A stretch of DNA of 64,000 bases, taken from NCBI RefSeq assembly GCF_009914755.1, contig NC_060934.1. One strand, written 5' to 3'. Every line of letters begins with the position of its first letter. Position 1 is the first letter of the stretch. The notes under the pieces were generated by a model that was not told the origin of the DNA, ran no database searches, and saw only the letters and a list, made by a program, of their open reading frames with translations. The translations under genes and the position numbers were made by a program. This document shows positions 1-20,966 of this stretch, one piece after another. This DNA is from the human T2T-CHM13v2.0 reference genome, Homo sapiens.

Positions 1-252
1 GGCTTTGACAATTCACTATTATATCAATCTGCAAAGTGATGTCATAATTTAGATTAGATTTTTTAATGAGAATGATGCTAGGAATTATTCTTCACTTTGC
101 AATTCTAATTTCCATTCTATACTGGTTAATTTCCTTACTAGCATTGGTTAAGTTATACAGAACAAAATAGAAGAAGAAGTGAATCCTAGTGCTGATGTCT
201 ATACAATTTTATCACAAATAAATTAGCATTTTCAACATAGATGAGTCATTTG

Positions 253-254
<2 letters not shown>

Positions 255-282
<28 letters not shown>
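255..282. repeat. (CA)14 microsatellite
   Basis: Perfect CA run read directly from the sequence. Confidence 0.97.
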
Positions 283-285
<3 letters not shown>

Positions 286-734
286 CAGAAAACTACTGGT
301 TAAGTAGATATTAAAGAGGATGTTTTAACTTATACATATGATTTGAAAAGTGGCTATCATAAAAATGTGCTGATGGAGTTGCCCTTGTATATATATATTT
401 TTTAAATTGACACAGAACACTTTTCGTTATTTGTGGTTCTTGTCTTTTAAATTGTTATATGCTTGAAGAAGTTATCATATATATTTTCAAATACACTTTT
501 TTCTTTTTTAAAAAAGTTTCAATTCTTTTTGTCATTTAACCAACCAAGGTAACATAAATTCAAAAGGTAGTATTAGAAATTGTTAATTTTATCAGTTAAA
601 GATGTATTAACTATACTAATTAGAAATATAAATGTGAATGATATAACAAATATGTAAGAAACACATATAGAGGAGAATGGAAGATTTTCTAATAGCTATA
701 AAATAATACTGGCTATGATAGGTACAAATGTTCT

Positions 735-870
735 CAAAATTCTCACAAGGAAGATATATTACATTTACACTACATTGACAGAATTGAGTAGTGAAACCAG
801 AGACCATATTGCCCACAAAGCTGAAAATATTTACTGTCTGGTTCTTTACAGAAAAAGTTCGTTGACTTTT
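735..870 (-). mobile_element. MER58-like hAT-Charlie fragment
   Basis: 'cccacaaagctgaaaatatttactgtctggttctttacagaaaaagtt' resembles the reverse complement of the MER58 end also seen at 40392. Confidence 0.55.
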
Positions 871-1469
871 TATGCAAAATGCTCTTATCTAATCCCTTAT
901 CCAGAGCTATTCTTTACAAGGAATAAAATTGTTTGAATTAGGTGAGATGGTATAAATGTAAAATCTGCTTTTCTAAGAAAATTTCTTATGACAAACATTT
1001 TCAACTTTTCCAGTGGTAAAATAAATTTGAGTAAAGAAGATTTTTCATTTCTTTATATTATAAATTTTTATAAAGTCATTAATTATATTTTGAAATCTAA
1101 TGAAACTCTTCTAAAAATTTTAATGCGGTTTTGTTAAATATTCATAATAATCCCATAGATATTTTTAGATGGTTGCCCTTGTAATATAGTATTCTTTTAT
1201 AAACTACCCTGGTTTTTATATAACATATTGTAAACAATTTTAGTTTTAATATAATATTAATTAATGTTTTTAATACTATAAGAATTTTTTCAGATCATAT
1301 ACTTCCATAGTCTGTTACTGGAAATTTGGAGTTATTTTTGTTTTAAAAAAGAGCAAGGTGATGAATATCTTTGTGTGCATTCATCTTCTATTTTAGAAAA
1401 TTATTTCTTTTGCACATATGTCCCCAAATTAAATTATTGGGTTAAAGTATATAAACAAATTTATGATTG

Positions 1470-1650
1470 TATATTATGCACTAGGCATTATTCAAGGTAT
1501 TGTATATGATTTAGTGCTGTTATTCCTAACTTATAAAATATTTTTATCTAAATTTTTATAAATGAACAAAATAACTTGTTGAATTTCATACAGTAGGCAA
1601 TTGAATTGAGATATGAGACTGGTCAATTTGACACCAGATCCCATTCTACC
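1470..1650 (-). mobile_element. Degraded MIR
   Basis: Weak resemblance to the MIR core in reverse orientation. Confidence 0.4.
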
Positions 1651-4600
1651 ACTATTAACTCACACTTCTTTATTTTACTATCATTTTATTAGTATTAATA
1701 TTAAGGCTGAACATTTTTCTATTTATAAAATATTTACTGAGAAGAATTTATAAACAAACATATTTATAATCTTATATTTATATCTCAGGACAGCTTCCTG
1801 AGGATATTTTGTTTTAGCTCTAGACACGCTTCCATTTTAAACCTAAACTGGAAGTGTGTAAAAGTTAGTCATTTGAAAAAAATATAACTATACTTGATTT
1901 GTTTGCAATTACAATTAAGTATTACCTCTTGGGGTTTGTTAAGAACTTCTACTTCAGAAATTGTTTAAAAAATGACTTAATTTTTGGCAAAGGTATTAAA
2001 GTATGAGTACTATATTTTGGGTTTGATTTGTGAGCTACTGATACCTTTAAGAATTCATCAATATCCATAATCTCAGAAGGCAGTATATTTACAATAATGG
2101 ATCAAATGAAATATTAATATATAATGACTTAGCATAGCAAATATTTCAGAATCTCTCAATAGATAATAAAGGTATATGTGACTTAAGATTATACTTCTAC
2201 TTGGACTCGTGTTTCATATTGTTATATAATGTTACTAGAATCACTAAATAAATATTGAATTAATGCAGAATAGAGGATTACAGCAATTCTTTAAATATTG
2301 CCTTACAAATGAATATTCAGCACGCAGTGGGTTCTATGTGTAAATCTGTAGGTTGAAATTTAGAATTTTTACTAATGTCTTTATTTTTGTAATTGCTCTA
2401 CAAGAGTTGCTTATTCAAATGGCAAAGTAAACACTTATGTAAGATAATGTAAATTGTGGTAGTTTCAAAATTTCCATGTTCTTTTAACTTTTATGTAATT
2501 TGACGAGAATAAAAATGCTTCTTTTATTAATATATTTATAATACTGAATCATATGTTTCTCCTTATTTTGTACTTTGATGATTGGATAAACAAATATAAT
2601 AATTTTTAATTAATTATGTAGTAATGAATTTCTTCATTAATAAGCATTTATTGAGTTATTCACTTTGAGTAGTCTAATAAATTACAGTAAAAACACATAT
2701 AAAAATAGAATTAATAAAGTTTGAATCAGTCCCAAGAATTAGAGCTTTATTTAAGAATCATTATTTGTTGCTTCATATAGGAAGCTCAGAGAATTGTAAA
2801 GTAGAATCCAAAATTTATACAAAAGCGGACTTTATTCTGTACTGAATGTTGTTAGTAACTAAAATTTAGGCATAAAAGAAGTTAGAGGTGAAGGTCTTAA
2901 ATATTCTTTGTTTTAGCATATACCTAGATATTGAATAATTCGTTTACATATTCTTTGCTTAGGTTCCCAGTTCTGTACTAACCGTAAGGTAAGAAAGAGT
3001 AGGGGATAATCTGTTTGCTAATAGAAGAGTATATATTTTATTTGTTAAGTAAATAAAATGGTATGTTTTAACATTTCTGGACAGTTTTTGCTTTTCCTAA
3101 AACATTTTGGTCCTATCAAATTATAAATGAAAATTATTATTTGTAATTATTAATTTACCAACCCCTGTGCTAATGGAAAAAGAAACTTATTGCATGTTGA
3201 TCTCCTATGGAAAGACATCTGCTCTTACAAGTCAGATATGAAATTAGTTCCATCATTTATTTCATATGCCTTCATAAATCAACAATAGTTTATATAATGA
3301 AAGAAGTCACCAGAAACTTGTATTGCGTAAAGAACTGTTCTCAAACTTTCACGCTGGGAAAAAAATTGTTTAGAAAGAGAGGGCATCTTGACTGAAGCTT
3401 TAAGCAAATTTAGGAAATTATAATGATGTTGTCTAATAATTACTAGAGATATAGCAAATATAGATTTTCATTGCTTATATTTTATTTAATTCTTTCATTC
3501 CTTCAACTTTCAGCATACATTTTATTGGTCATTTGTGCATATACAATTTTGGCTTATTGCCAAATATATTTAATATAATTTGATGTAACAACAAAATATA
3601 CCACATGACTATATGTACAGACCTAATTTACAAATTGTAACTCAGTTATTTCTTTAGATTTATCAATTTTATTATACTTAATTTTCATAAAATCTAGATG
3701 TTAGAAGAAATCGTGTAATTATATGTATATGTTGTTTTAATTATTTACACATGGTACTTTAAAGTTAATGCAAATGTGATTAAATGTGAGTGTTATGATT
3801 CCATTTTACTTATGATTTTTAAAGCATTTTATATGCTAGGTCAATGTTTTTGATAGAGTCTACATGAAATAAACTTATTGAAATATTCATTATTTTTGCA
3901 CACTCTAAGAAGGAATCAATCTCATATTTGCCCATGTTTTTAGAGTTTGACATGCTTTTAGGCTAATTGTTTGTGAGACTGTAAGAAGCAGAGAGAGGGC
4001 CACTACTCAAGTGAAATATTCAGGAAGCATTTGTAAGAATTTGTAAGAATACAGTTGAATAAACCTACACTAGGTCTCTCAAAAGCAGAGTGCCTTATAC
4101 TCCCTTTCTTGGGATAATGGTAATAATTTTGAAATGCAATTGAAGAGACTCTGTTTCTGATTATCTTTTTTTTTTTCAGTAAATGTCAAATCTTAGATCT
4201 TTTTCATATCTTTTAAAATTCTAAATCTATATCTCATTGATATTAGGTTATGAAGTATTCTGCAAATTACCAAATGCTGTTATTAAATATTATGTTTTTT
4301 CATTTTGTTTTATCATATTTTGAATAATCTTCCAATTCACTCTCTACTTACAGATTATGCTATTTTATATTTTAATTTTGAGATTTTATCTCAGGTCTTG
4401 TTTGTGTTCACTCTTTTACAGTTAAAAAAACCAAGAATCAGTGTATTAATATATATCAAATGCAGTGGCAGAATATTTAATTTATCTTAAATAAATTAAA
4501 TAGGATAAGGTATCAAGTTACAGTCTTCATACTTTTATTATATACAGTATACTTTTTAGGACTGTGTGTATTTAAATAAGTCATACAATTTTTAAGGGTC

Positions 4601-5089
4601 ATCTTATTTTCCCAATGAGTGCTTCTTTAACACCACTCATTGGGCAAATGCCTTCTTTGAATTCCCATAGCATCTTAGCTTATATTTATTCTTATAGTAT
4701 TTGAACATAAACTCTACACTTAATATTTGAATATATAATATGTGAATTGCCTGTAGTTGTCTTCTGAGGAATACTACAAATTTCTCTCAGAGTTAACCAT
4801 ATTTTACAGTTCAAAAATCTTTCCGTTTTTAGACTATTCAAATAATATGTTTGTTTTAGTGCTTTAAATTTGCTCTATCTATGCTAATTATGTGGGGGAG
4901 ACTAAGAAGAAATGTAAGATGTTTATTGACCTAAAGAATTTAAATTAGGTAAAAATCAGGAGCATGCAATAGGGAGAAGATTAATTATGAAATTGAGAGA
5001 AGGAGTTGGCAAGAATCACTATGTGAGCGAAAATGAGTGTAAGCTATTAATGAGCCATCACTTGATCATGGTCTGTTTTTTTGTGTGGT

Positions 5090-5360
5090 GTTGCTAGTAT
5101 TTAGTAGGTGTGCATTGATATTAATAAGTGATATTGATAACTTTTTTCCTGTACTGTCTATGTCAGATGTGGCATTTGTGTTATAATTTCTTCATAAAAA
5201 GAATTAAAAAGTGTTCCTTCATTTTTATTGTTTTATAAAAATATATATAACATTTAAACTACCTGGTCTTTGAAACCATAGTAGAATTTCCCTATGAAAC
5301 CTCTGGTACTGGTATTTTTTGTAGAGTAATTTCTTTATAACTTCCTCTATTTCATCTACA
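5090..5360 (-). mobile_element. Ancient L1M ORF2 fragment
   Basis: 'gtagaatttccctatgaaacctctggtactgg' is a degraded reverse copy of the L1 PGPDGF motif region. Confidence 0.5.
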
Positions 5361-5389
5361 GAATCTTTTCCATTTAAGCTACTTTTTTC

Positions 5390-5697
5390 TAAATTTATTT
5401 ATTTCTAATTAACAGATAAAATTGTATTTATAATGTAAACATGATGTTTTGAGGTATATATACATTTTGGAATGGTTAAATCTAGCTAATTAAAATATGC
5501 ATTACCTCACATAGTTGTCATTTCTGTGGTGCAAATGTTTAACATCCAGTCTCTCAACATTTTTTGAGAATACAACATATTATCATTAACCTTAGTGACC
5601 ATTCTATACAATAAATCTGTTAAGTGTATTCTTCCTATGTGACTAATTTTGTATCCTTTAACCAGTGTCCCTCCAAACCCCCTCCTCAATCACCCAA
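5390..5697 (-). mobile_element. L1MA-type 3' UTR fragment
   Basis: 'ggaatggttaaatctagctaattaaaatatgcattacctcacatagtt' is typical of L1MA 3' ends. Confidence 0.75.
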
Positions 5698-5795
5698 CGT
5701 CTTTATTTTTTTTAAGTTTATAAATTATTTTATTGTAAGCATTGCTACAATTATTTGAATCTTCTAGTGTTACACATTACAAATGAAGATCTTTC

Positions 5796-12254
<6,459 letters not shown>

Positions 12255-12689
12255 AAGCTCTTTATTTTTAACAGGATTTCTGAGGTTTTTGTTTAGAAGT
12301 CTGCAAAGTGATCCCTCATTCTATTAACTTGTATTGTTTCAATGGTTATTTCTTTTTTTGGAGGTGGGCATTCGTCCTTGCCTTCTTGATCATTATAACT
12401 GACAATTTACTTACATTGCTAATGTTTTGAAAAATTAGAGTTTGATTTAATTAGGTCTCTCATTCTTCATATTCTTGCATCATTAATGCTTACTTTCATC
12501 TTTGTTATAGTATTTCCTTTTTTGGCTTTCTATTAGTTTACTTTGAGGTTCCTTTTATCATTTCTAGAGCTTTATATTTCATTTATTTTAGATATTTTAT
12601 GTGTATATTTTATATTTATATTTCATTTACTTTATATATTATATATATTATAATTCATTTCTTTTAATTCTTTCATTTTTACTAAAGTG

Positions 12690-12988
<299 letters not shown>

Positions 12989-13019
12989 TTACTAAAGTAT
13001 TTTTTGATGGAAATGTTCA

Positions 13020-13123
13020 TTAGCTTCATTTTGTCATTCATATGTATATGTAAAACAACATCACTTTGTACTCCATAAATATATAGAATTATAACTTGAC
13101 AATTTACAATAAAATAAAAAATA
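13020..13123 (+). mobile_element. Short L1MA 3' terminal fragment
   Basis: 'acatcactttgtactccataaatatata...aataaaataaaaa' resembles an L1MA tail. Confidence 0.55.
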
Positions 13124-13159
13124 ATCTTTTTTTTTGCTTTGTGAAATTGTTATTTATTT

Positions 13160-16100
13160 CTTATCAACTTTTATTTTAGATTTAGTGGTAGACATGCCAG
13201 TTTGCTACATGGGTAAACTGTGTTTTGTGGGGATGTGGTGTACAGATTATTTCATTGCCCAGGTAATGAGCATAGTACACAATAGGTAGTTTTCAATCCT
13301 CACCCTCCTCTTACTCTCCATCCTCAGATAGGCCCTTGTGTATATTGTTCCCTTCTTCATGTCTATGTGTACTCTATGTTTAGCACCTTCTCATAAGTGA
13401 GAACATGCAATATTTGGTTTTCTGCTCCTGCATTATTTCGCTTAGGATATTGACCTTCAGCTCCATTCATGTTGCTACAGAGGACATGATTTTGTTCTTT
13501 TTATGGCTGTATAGTATTCTATAGTGTATACGTACCACTTTTTCTTTATCCAGCCCACCACTGATGACCATCTAGGTTTATTATGTGTCTTTTCTATTGT
13601 GAATACTGCTGTGATAAACATACACATGCATGTTTCTTTATGGTAGAACGATTTATATTCCTTTGGGTACATACCCAATAATGGGATTGCTGGGTTGAAT
13701 GGTAGTTCTGTTTAATGTTCTTTGAGAAATTGCCAAACTGCTTTCCACACTGGCCAAACAAATTTACATTTCCACCAACACTGTATAAGTTTTCTCTTTT
13801 CTCTGCAACCTTACTAGCTTCTGTTATTATTTGACTTTTTAATAGTAGATATTCTGACTAGTGTGAAATGGTATTATTGTAGCTTTGATTTGCAATTCTT
13901 TAATAATTAGTGATGTTTAGCATTTTTTTCTTATGCTTCTTGGCCACATGTATATCTTCTTTTGAAATGTGTCAGTTTGTGTTCTTTGCCCACATTTTAA
14001 TGGGGTTATGTTTTTTTTGGTTGTTAATTTTTAAGTTCCTTATAAATTCTGGTTATAAATCCTTAGACCATTGTTGGATGCATAGTTTGCAAATATTTTC
14101 TCTTATTCTATAGGCTGCTTAATATGCTGATAGTTTCTTTTGTTGGAAGCTCTTCAGTTTAATTTTTGTCAAAAATTTTGTCAATTTTTGTTTTTGTTGC
14201 AATTGCTTTTGGCATCTTCATCATGATTTTGTATCCTGAAACTTTGCTGATGTTGTTTATCAGATCTAGGAGCTTTTGGTCAGACACTATGAGGTTTTCT
14301 ACATATACAATCATATAATTTGTGAAGAGAGATAGTTTGACTTCCTCTCATCCTGTTTGGATGCATTTCATTCCTTTCTCTTGCCTGATTGCTGTGGCCA
14401 GGACTTCCAGTACTGTGTCGAACAGGAGTGGTGAGAGTAGGCATCCTTGTTTTGTCCCAGTTCTCCAGGGGAATGCTGCTATTAATAGCTTTTGCCCATT
14501 CAGCATGACGTTGGCTGTGGGTTTGTCCTTGATGGCTCTTGTTATTTCAAGGTATGTTCCTTCAATGCCTAGTTTGTTGAAGGTGTTAACATGAAGGAAT
14601 GTTTGGTTTAATTGAAAGCTTTTTCTTCATATATTCAGATGATTATGTGGTTTTTGTTTTTAGCTCTGTTTATGTGATAAATCACATTTATTGATCTAGG
14701 TATGTTGAACCAACCTTGCATCCCAAAGATAAAGCCTACTTAATTGTGGTGGATTGGATTTTTGATATGCTGCTCAATTCACTTTGCTAGTATTTTTTTG
14801 AGAATTCTTGCATCAATGTTCATCAAGGATATTAGCCTGAAGTTTCCTTTTTTCATTGTGTCTTTGCCAGATTTTGGTTTCAGAATGACACTGGCCTTGT
14901 AGAATGAGTTAGAGAGGAGTCCCTCCTTCTAAAATTTTGGAATGGTTTCAGTAGGAATGGTGCCAGCTCTTTATACAAATGATATATTTTGTCTGTGAAT
15001 CTGTCTGGTCTTGGGTTTTTTCTGGTAGGTAGACTTTTTATTTCTGATTCCATTTTGGAACTCATTATTTGTCTGTTCAGCAATCAATTTCTTCCTCGTT
15101 CAATCTTGGGTCGTTGTATGTTTCAAGGAATTTATTTCTTCTAGGTTTTCTAGTTTGTGTATATAGAGGTGTTCATAGTAGTCTCTGTGGGTGTTTTGTA
15201 TTTCTGTGGGAATGGTTGTAGTGTTATGTTTGTCATTTATGATTGTATTTATTTGGATCTTTTTTCTTTAGTAGTATAGCTAGTGGTCTATGAGTCTTAT
15301 TTATATTTCAAAGAATGAAGTGGGTTTGTTAATTTTTTGTATGATTTTGTGTCTCACTATCCTTCAGTTGAGTTCTGATTTTGGTTACTTCTTATCTTCT
15401 GCTAGCTTTGGGTTTTGTATGCCCTTGTATATCTAGTTCCTCTAGGTGTGATGTTAGGTTGTTAATTTGAGATCATTCTAACTTTTTGATGTGGACGTTT
15501 AGCACTAAAAACTTTCCTCTTAACACTGCTTTAACTGTGCTCCAGAGATTCTGGTGTTTTGCATCTTTGTTCTCATTAATTTCAAAGAATTTTCTGATTT
15601 CTGACTTAATATCATTGATTACCCCGAAGTCATTCAGGAGTAGGCTGTTTAACTTCCATGTGATTTTATAGTTTCGAGTGATCTTCTAAGTATTGATTTT
15701 TATTTTTATTGCACTACTGTCTGAGAATGCAGTTGGTATGATTTCAGTTTTTTTTTTTTAATTTGCTGAGAATTGTTTTATGGCCAGTTGTGTGGTCAAT
15801 ATCAGAGTATGTGCTATTTGCAGATGAGAAGAATATATTCTTTTGTTTTTGAGTGGAGAGTTCTGTAGATGTATGTTAGGTCCACTTGATCAAATGTCGA
15901 GTTCAGGTTCGGAATATTTTTGTTAGTTTTCTGCCTTGATGATCTGTCTAATATTGCCATTGGGATGTTGACATCACCCACTATTATTGTGTGGTTATGT
16001 ACATCTGTTTATATGTCTCTAAGAACTTGTTTTATGAATTGGGTATTTTTGTGTTGGGTGCATATCTATTTAGGATAGTTAGTTGTTCTTTAATTGTAAC

Positions 16101-17674
16101 CACTACCATTGTATAATACCCATCTTTGTCTTTTTTGATCATTACTGGCTTAGTGTTTGTTTTGTCTGCAACTATAATAGCAACCCTTGCTGTTTTCTGT
16201 TTTTCATTTGCTCGGTAGGTTTTTCTCCATCCTTTTACTTTGAGCCTATGGGTGTCATTGCACGTAAGATGGGTCAGCATGTAAGCTGGTTATTATGCAG
16301 ACTTGTTTGTGCAGTTTCTTTATAGTTTCAGTTATCTATGTACTTAAGTGTCTTTTTGTGGTGGAAAGTAATGGTCTTTTTTCTCCAGATTTAGCACTCC
16401 TTAAGGATCTTTTATAAGGCAGGTAATGAATTCCGTTATTTGCTTGTGTGAAAAGTATCTTATTTTCCCTTCACTTATGAAGCTTATGAAGGAATATTTG
16501 GTTTAATTGAAAGCTTTTTCTCTATATATTCAGATGATTATGTGGTTTTTGTTTTTAGCTCTGTTTATGTGATAAATCACATTTATTGCTAGATTTTTCT
16601 CCATCCTTTTACTTTGAGCCTATTGGTGTGATGTGAGGTTGTTAATTTGAGATCATTCTAACTTTTCGATGTGGACGTTTAGCACTATAAACTTTCCTCT
16701 TAAGTTTGGTTGGAAATGAAGTTTTTGATTTGAGTTTTTATTCTTTAAAATTGCTGAGTATCAGCTCCCAGTCTGTTCTGGCTTATAAGGCCTCTGCTCA
16801 AAGGTCCACTGTTAGCCTGATGGGGTTCCCTTTGTAGATGACCTGCCCCTTCTCTCTAGCTCCATTTAACATTTTTTCTTTCATTTCTACCTTGGAGAAT
16901 ATGTTGACTATAGTCTTAGGGATGGTCTTCTTGTGAGGTATCTCTTGGGGTTCCCTGCATTTCCTGAAGTTGAATGTGGCCTCTCTAGCAAGGCTAGGGG
17001 AGAAAGTTGCTGGCTTTCTCTCCCTGTCTTTCAGCGACACCAGTGAGTTGTAGATTTGGTTTCTTTACATAATCCCATATTTCTCAGAGGATTTGTTCAT
17101 TTTTTTAATTCTTTAAAAAACATTTTTTTTCTGATTGAGTTTGTTTGGAGAACCAGTCTAAAAGCTCTAAGATGTGTTCCTCAGCGTGGTCCATTCTACT
17201 GTGAATACTTGTGCTTGCATTATGAAATTTTTGTAGTGTGTTTTGCAACTCTATCAGATCAGTTTGGTTCTTTCTTATAACGGCCATTTTATCTATCGGC
17301 TCCTGCATTATTTTATTGAAATCCGTAAATTCTATGGATGGGTTTCATCTTTCTCCTGAATCTCCTGAATCTTTATGATCTTCATAGGGGATCTAAGTGC
17401 AGAGTGCAAAAAGCCTGTGGCAGATATGTGAGTCCATGGGGACTATCACTCACTTATCATTTCCCCATGGTGGAGGACATCCCTTGGCTCAATGCCACTT
17501 TTGGGCGGGCAATAGTTCTGTCTCACTCTTTTCTGTTCTCCATGGGTCACATTTTTTCCTTGATGAATCCCAATGTGTTCACCTAGATGTTCTAGTTGAA
17601 GGGCTAGTGTTGCTCACCACTCTCTTCTCTCCATGAAAGTGGTGCACACTAATTGGTTCTAATCAGCCATCTTG
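13160..17674 (-). mobile_element. Older LINE-1 (L1PA13-16-like) with both ends, large internal deletions and a templated insertion
   Basis: 3' UTR 'cccaggtaatgagcatagtacacaataggtag'; ORF2/ORF1 remnants (16798-17040 GAREKGQVIYKGNPIRLTVDL); 5' end 'cagccatcttg'. Only ~4.5 kb long. Confidence 0.88.
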
Positions 17675-17703
17675 TAAAGTCTCAGTGTAAGTTAAGTTTA
17701 CTC

Positions 17704-18001
17704 TTTTTTTTCTTTTTTTTTTGAGATGGAGTCTTGCTCTGTTGCCATGCTGGAGTGCAGTGGCGCAATCTCGGCTCACCGCAACCTCTGACTCCCTGGC
17801 TCAAGCAATTCTCCTGCTTCAGCCTCCCGAGTAGCTGTGATTAGGGGCATGTGCCACCATGTCCAGCTAATTTTTGTATTTTTAGTAGAGACGGGGTTTC
17901 GCCATGTTGTCCAGGATGGTGTCGATCTCCTGACCTCATGATCCACCCGCCTAGGCCTCCCGCAGTGCTGAGATTACAGGCGTGAGGCATTACACCTGGC
18001 C
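17704..18001 (-). mobile_element. AluS (Sc/Sg-like)
   Basis: Full dimer with poly(T) at left; 'ccaggatggt..gatctcctgacctcatgatcc'. Confidence 0.92.
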
Positions 18002-19459
18002 TACTGCACTTTTTAAAAATCATCAAAGCATGAAATTATCTATGAGTGAGTGAAAACTCATTAGAAAGAGTCTTCTCAAAGAATAAATTACTTTATGCCA
18101 TTAAATTGATACCAAATCTGAATTTGACTAGTGCTCAGCAACATCTTATTTCCCACATTAGATTTAATTTAAATATAGTAATTACCCATGACTTAAGAAA
18201 ATAATATTTTAAATACCATAGTAAAATATATGTCCGATATTTATTTTCTTTGCCTATTATTATTATTTTGCCTAATATACTCTGGTATAAAAGGCCTTCC
18301 AAATACCACAGGGTAGAAAAGATTTTTAAAGTTACAAATAAATTCCTATAAACTATATATGGCATTACATGATTTTCAACTTTGTTTTTAGCTATATTGG
18401 ATAATCATAAGATTTCATTTTTTAAAAAATTGAAAAGCCATGATCTCTCAACTTGGGTTTTAAAATTTATCATGTTTTGATTATAATGAGTCTTAAGCTC
18501 TATGATGCCATTTTTTTATGTAGTTAATTAATGGAAACCTATGCTTATCAGGGAAAGACATCAGCAATTGTGGGGTACCTAATAAATCACCTTTGTAAGA
18601 TTTTTCTTCTGGAAAGCACCTCACTGTTACTACATTCTGTTTCATTAGTCTAACAGTGAAAACAGAATAGCAACTATCTCTTAAAAATTAGATACTTTCT
18701 ATATATAAGTATATACTTTAATATACAAAATATAAATATGGATATCAATATTTTAAAATTTTAGTCGTTTTGTTTCCTTAACTATTAATGTATTTTTATA
18801 ATGCAAATGTTTTATTACTCATTTAATAGGAATATATATGCATTAAAAAATTAATGTTTTGGGTAGTAGAACATGCTTTACTCTTAGACTGTTGGAAATA
18901 CTTGCTACTTTCAGCTTTTAGACATAACCCAAATTTCTAAAGTTTTAAAGATAAGACTGAATGATAAAGTCAATTTAGTGCATTTCCTTTACAAAATGAG
19001 TACCTTTGGTTACTTAACACAGTATGCAGAAAAAGATAGGTTATGAAAAAATTATAATTTCTATAAAATGGTGTTAAAAGCAAAAATTGCTATTATGAAT
19101 CTTTGATTTGTGAATTGAAATCTGAGAATCTTCAAGAAATCTCATAAATATGCAAATACTATAATTAAATACAGGTATCATTATAATTACTAATTTTTAT
19201 CTTGTCATTTTAAAGGTTCCGTTTTGTTTTCTAACATTTATAACAATATTTTTTTGACAAAAATAGGTTTTAACTTCAAGAAATTATACTCTTCAAGAAA
19301 CTAACTGAAGAGATTGGGCTCAATTTTAATGTAGATATAAAATTCTACATATTTTAACTGGTATAATCTTTGTGAAAAAGTAATGCTTGTTTTCTAGTAC
19401 AGCTTGACCTTTAGCTAAAATGAAACTATTTTAAGAGTTTTTACTTTGAACATTGAGTG

Positions 19460-19925
19460 TGTGAACACCGAAAAGATGAGACAGGTGTCAGTTAATTTAG
19501 AAAGCTTATTTGCCAAGGTTGAGGACATGCACCTGTGACACAGCCTCAGAAGGTTTTGATGACATGTGCCCAAGGTGGTTAGAGCACAGTCTGGTTTTAT
19601 ACATTTTAGGGAGACATAAGACATTAACATATGTAAGATGAACATTGATTCAGTCTGGAAAGGCAGGACAGCTGGAAGCAAAGATGGGAAGACTTGAAGG
19701 AGGGAGAGGGTTCTAGGTTATAGGCAGATAAGAGACAAATAGTTGCATTCATTTGAGTTTCTGATTAACCTCTCCAAAGGAGGCAATCAGATATGCATTT
19801 ATCTTAGTGAGCCGAGGGATGACGTTGAATGAACTGGGAGGCTGGTTGGCCCTAAGCAGTTCCCAGCTTGATTTTTCCCTGTAGCTTAGTGATTTGGAGG
19901 CATCAAGGTTTATTTTCCTTTCACG
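19460..19925 (-). mobile_element. MER4A-type 3' LTR
   Basis: tgtgaac...tttattttcctttcacg; about 90% identical (by eye) to 26911-27381. Confidence 0.9.
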
Positions 19926-20596
19926 TTTACTCCTTTTTCCTTTTAATCATCTTTTGGAGAAAGCATTTCAGAAGAAAATAAGTTTCTGGTCTCAGGTTTT
20001 GTCTGATCTTTTATGGCTAGGATGCTTTATTCCTAGACAGGTAGGTCCCAAGTTATTAGGAAAGCTCATTTTTTGCAGGTGTTGAAGACTTATGTTTATG
20101 AAGAGAAAATAGGGGGAGGAAGGGAGAAAAACAACCACAAACAAAGGAACAATCCTGGATAATTGACGTAGGCCACAGTACTTTGAAGTCCATCCATCAG
20201 TAGGCATGTATGAATGTGGCTTATGTATGTAAATAGATTGCTGTTACATTTTCTGAAGTTTAAGTTGTTTAGCTTTAGTTTGCAGGGCTTCACGAAAGCA
20301 CAGCTTAGTTTTCAGTGACTCCAAATTAGGAAATATGGGGAAAAAATAAGGAAAACAAATTGAAAACATTAGTTTGCAGATTTGTAGTCAAGAAAAATTA
20401 GAATTTGGTCCAAACCTTAGAAAATAATAAAAATTGAAAAACATTAGGCAAGACTAGAATCTAACATCAGGTGTCCTATAGTTTTTGAAATTTTTTTTTC
20501 TCCAGTTTCCCGTGTTTATTAAAGACAAATCATGGTAGGACTGATTTGTTTTATTATACTTGACCTCATTATTTGTATATAGTGCAGCAAGAATAA

Positions 20597-20886
20597 TTTT
20601 TTTTTTGAAATGGAGTTTTGCTCTTGTTGCCCAGGCTGGAGTGCAATGGTGTGATCTCAGCTCATTGCAACCTCTGCCTCCGGATTCAAGCAATTCCCAG
20701 CCCCAGCCTCCTGAGTAGCTGGGATTATAGGCATGTGCCACCACGCCTGGCTAATTTTGTATTTTTAGTGGAGATGGGGTTTCTCCATGTTGGTCAGGCT
20801 GGTCTCGAACTCCCGACCTCAGGTGATCCGCCTGCCTCGGCGTCCCAGAGAGCTGGGATTACAGGTGTGAACCACCACGCCTGGCC
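20597..20886 (-). mobile_element. AluSp inserted in the MER4 internal region
   Basis: 'ggtttctccatgttggtcagg' and 'ctcccgacctcaggtgatcc' diagnostics. Confidence 0.9.
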
Positions 20887-20966
20887 CAAATAATTATTTT
20901 TTTTATGTAGGCTTTTAAATTGGCTTTGATGGAACTTTGTTTCATAGCAGAAATTTCAGGTAAGAC

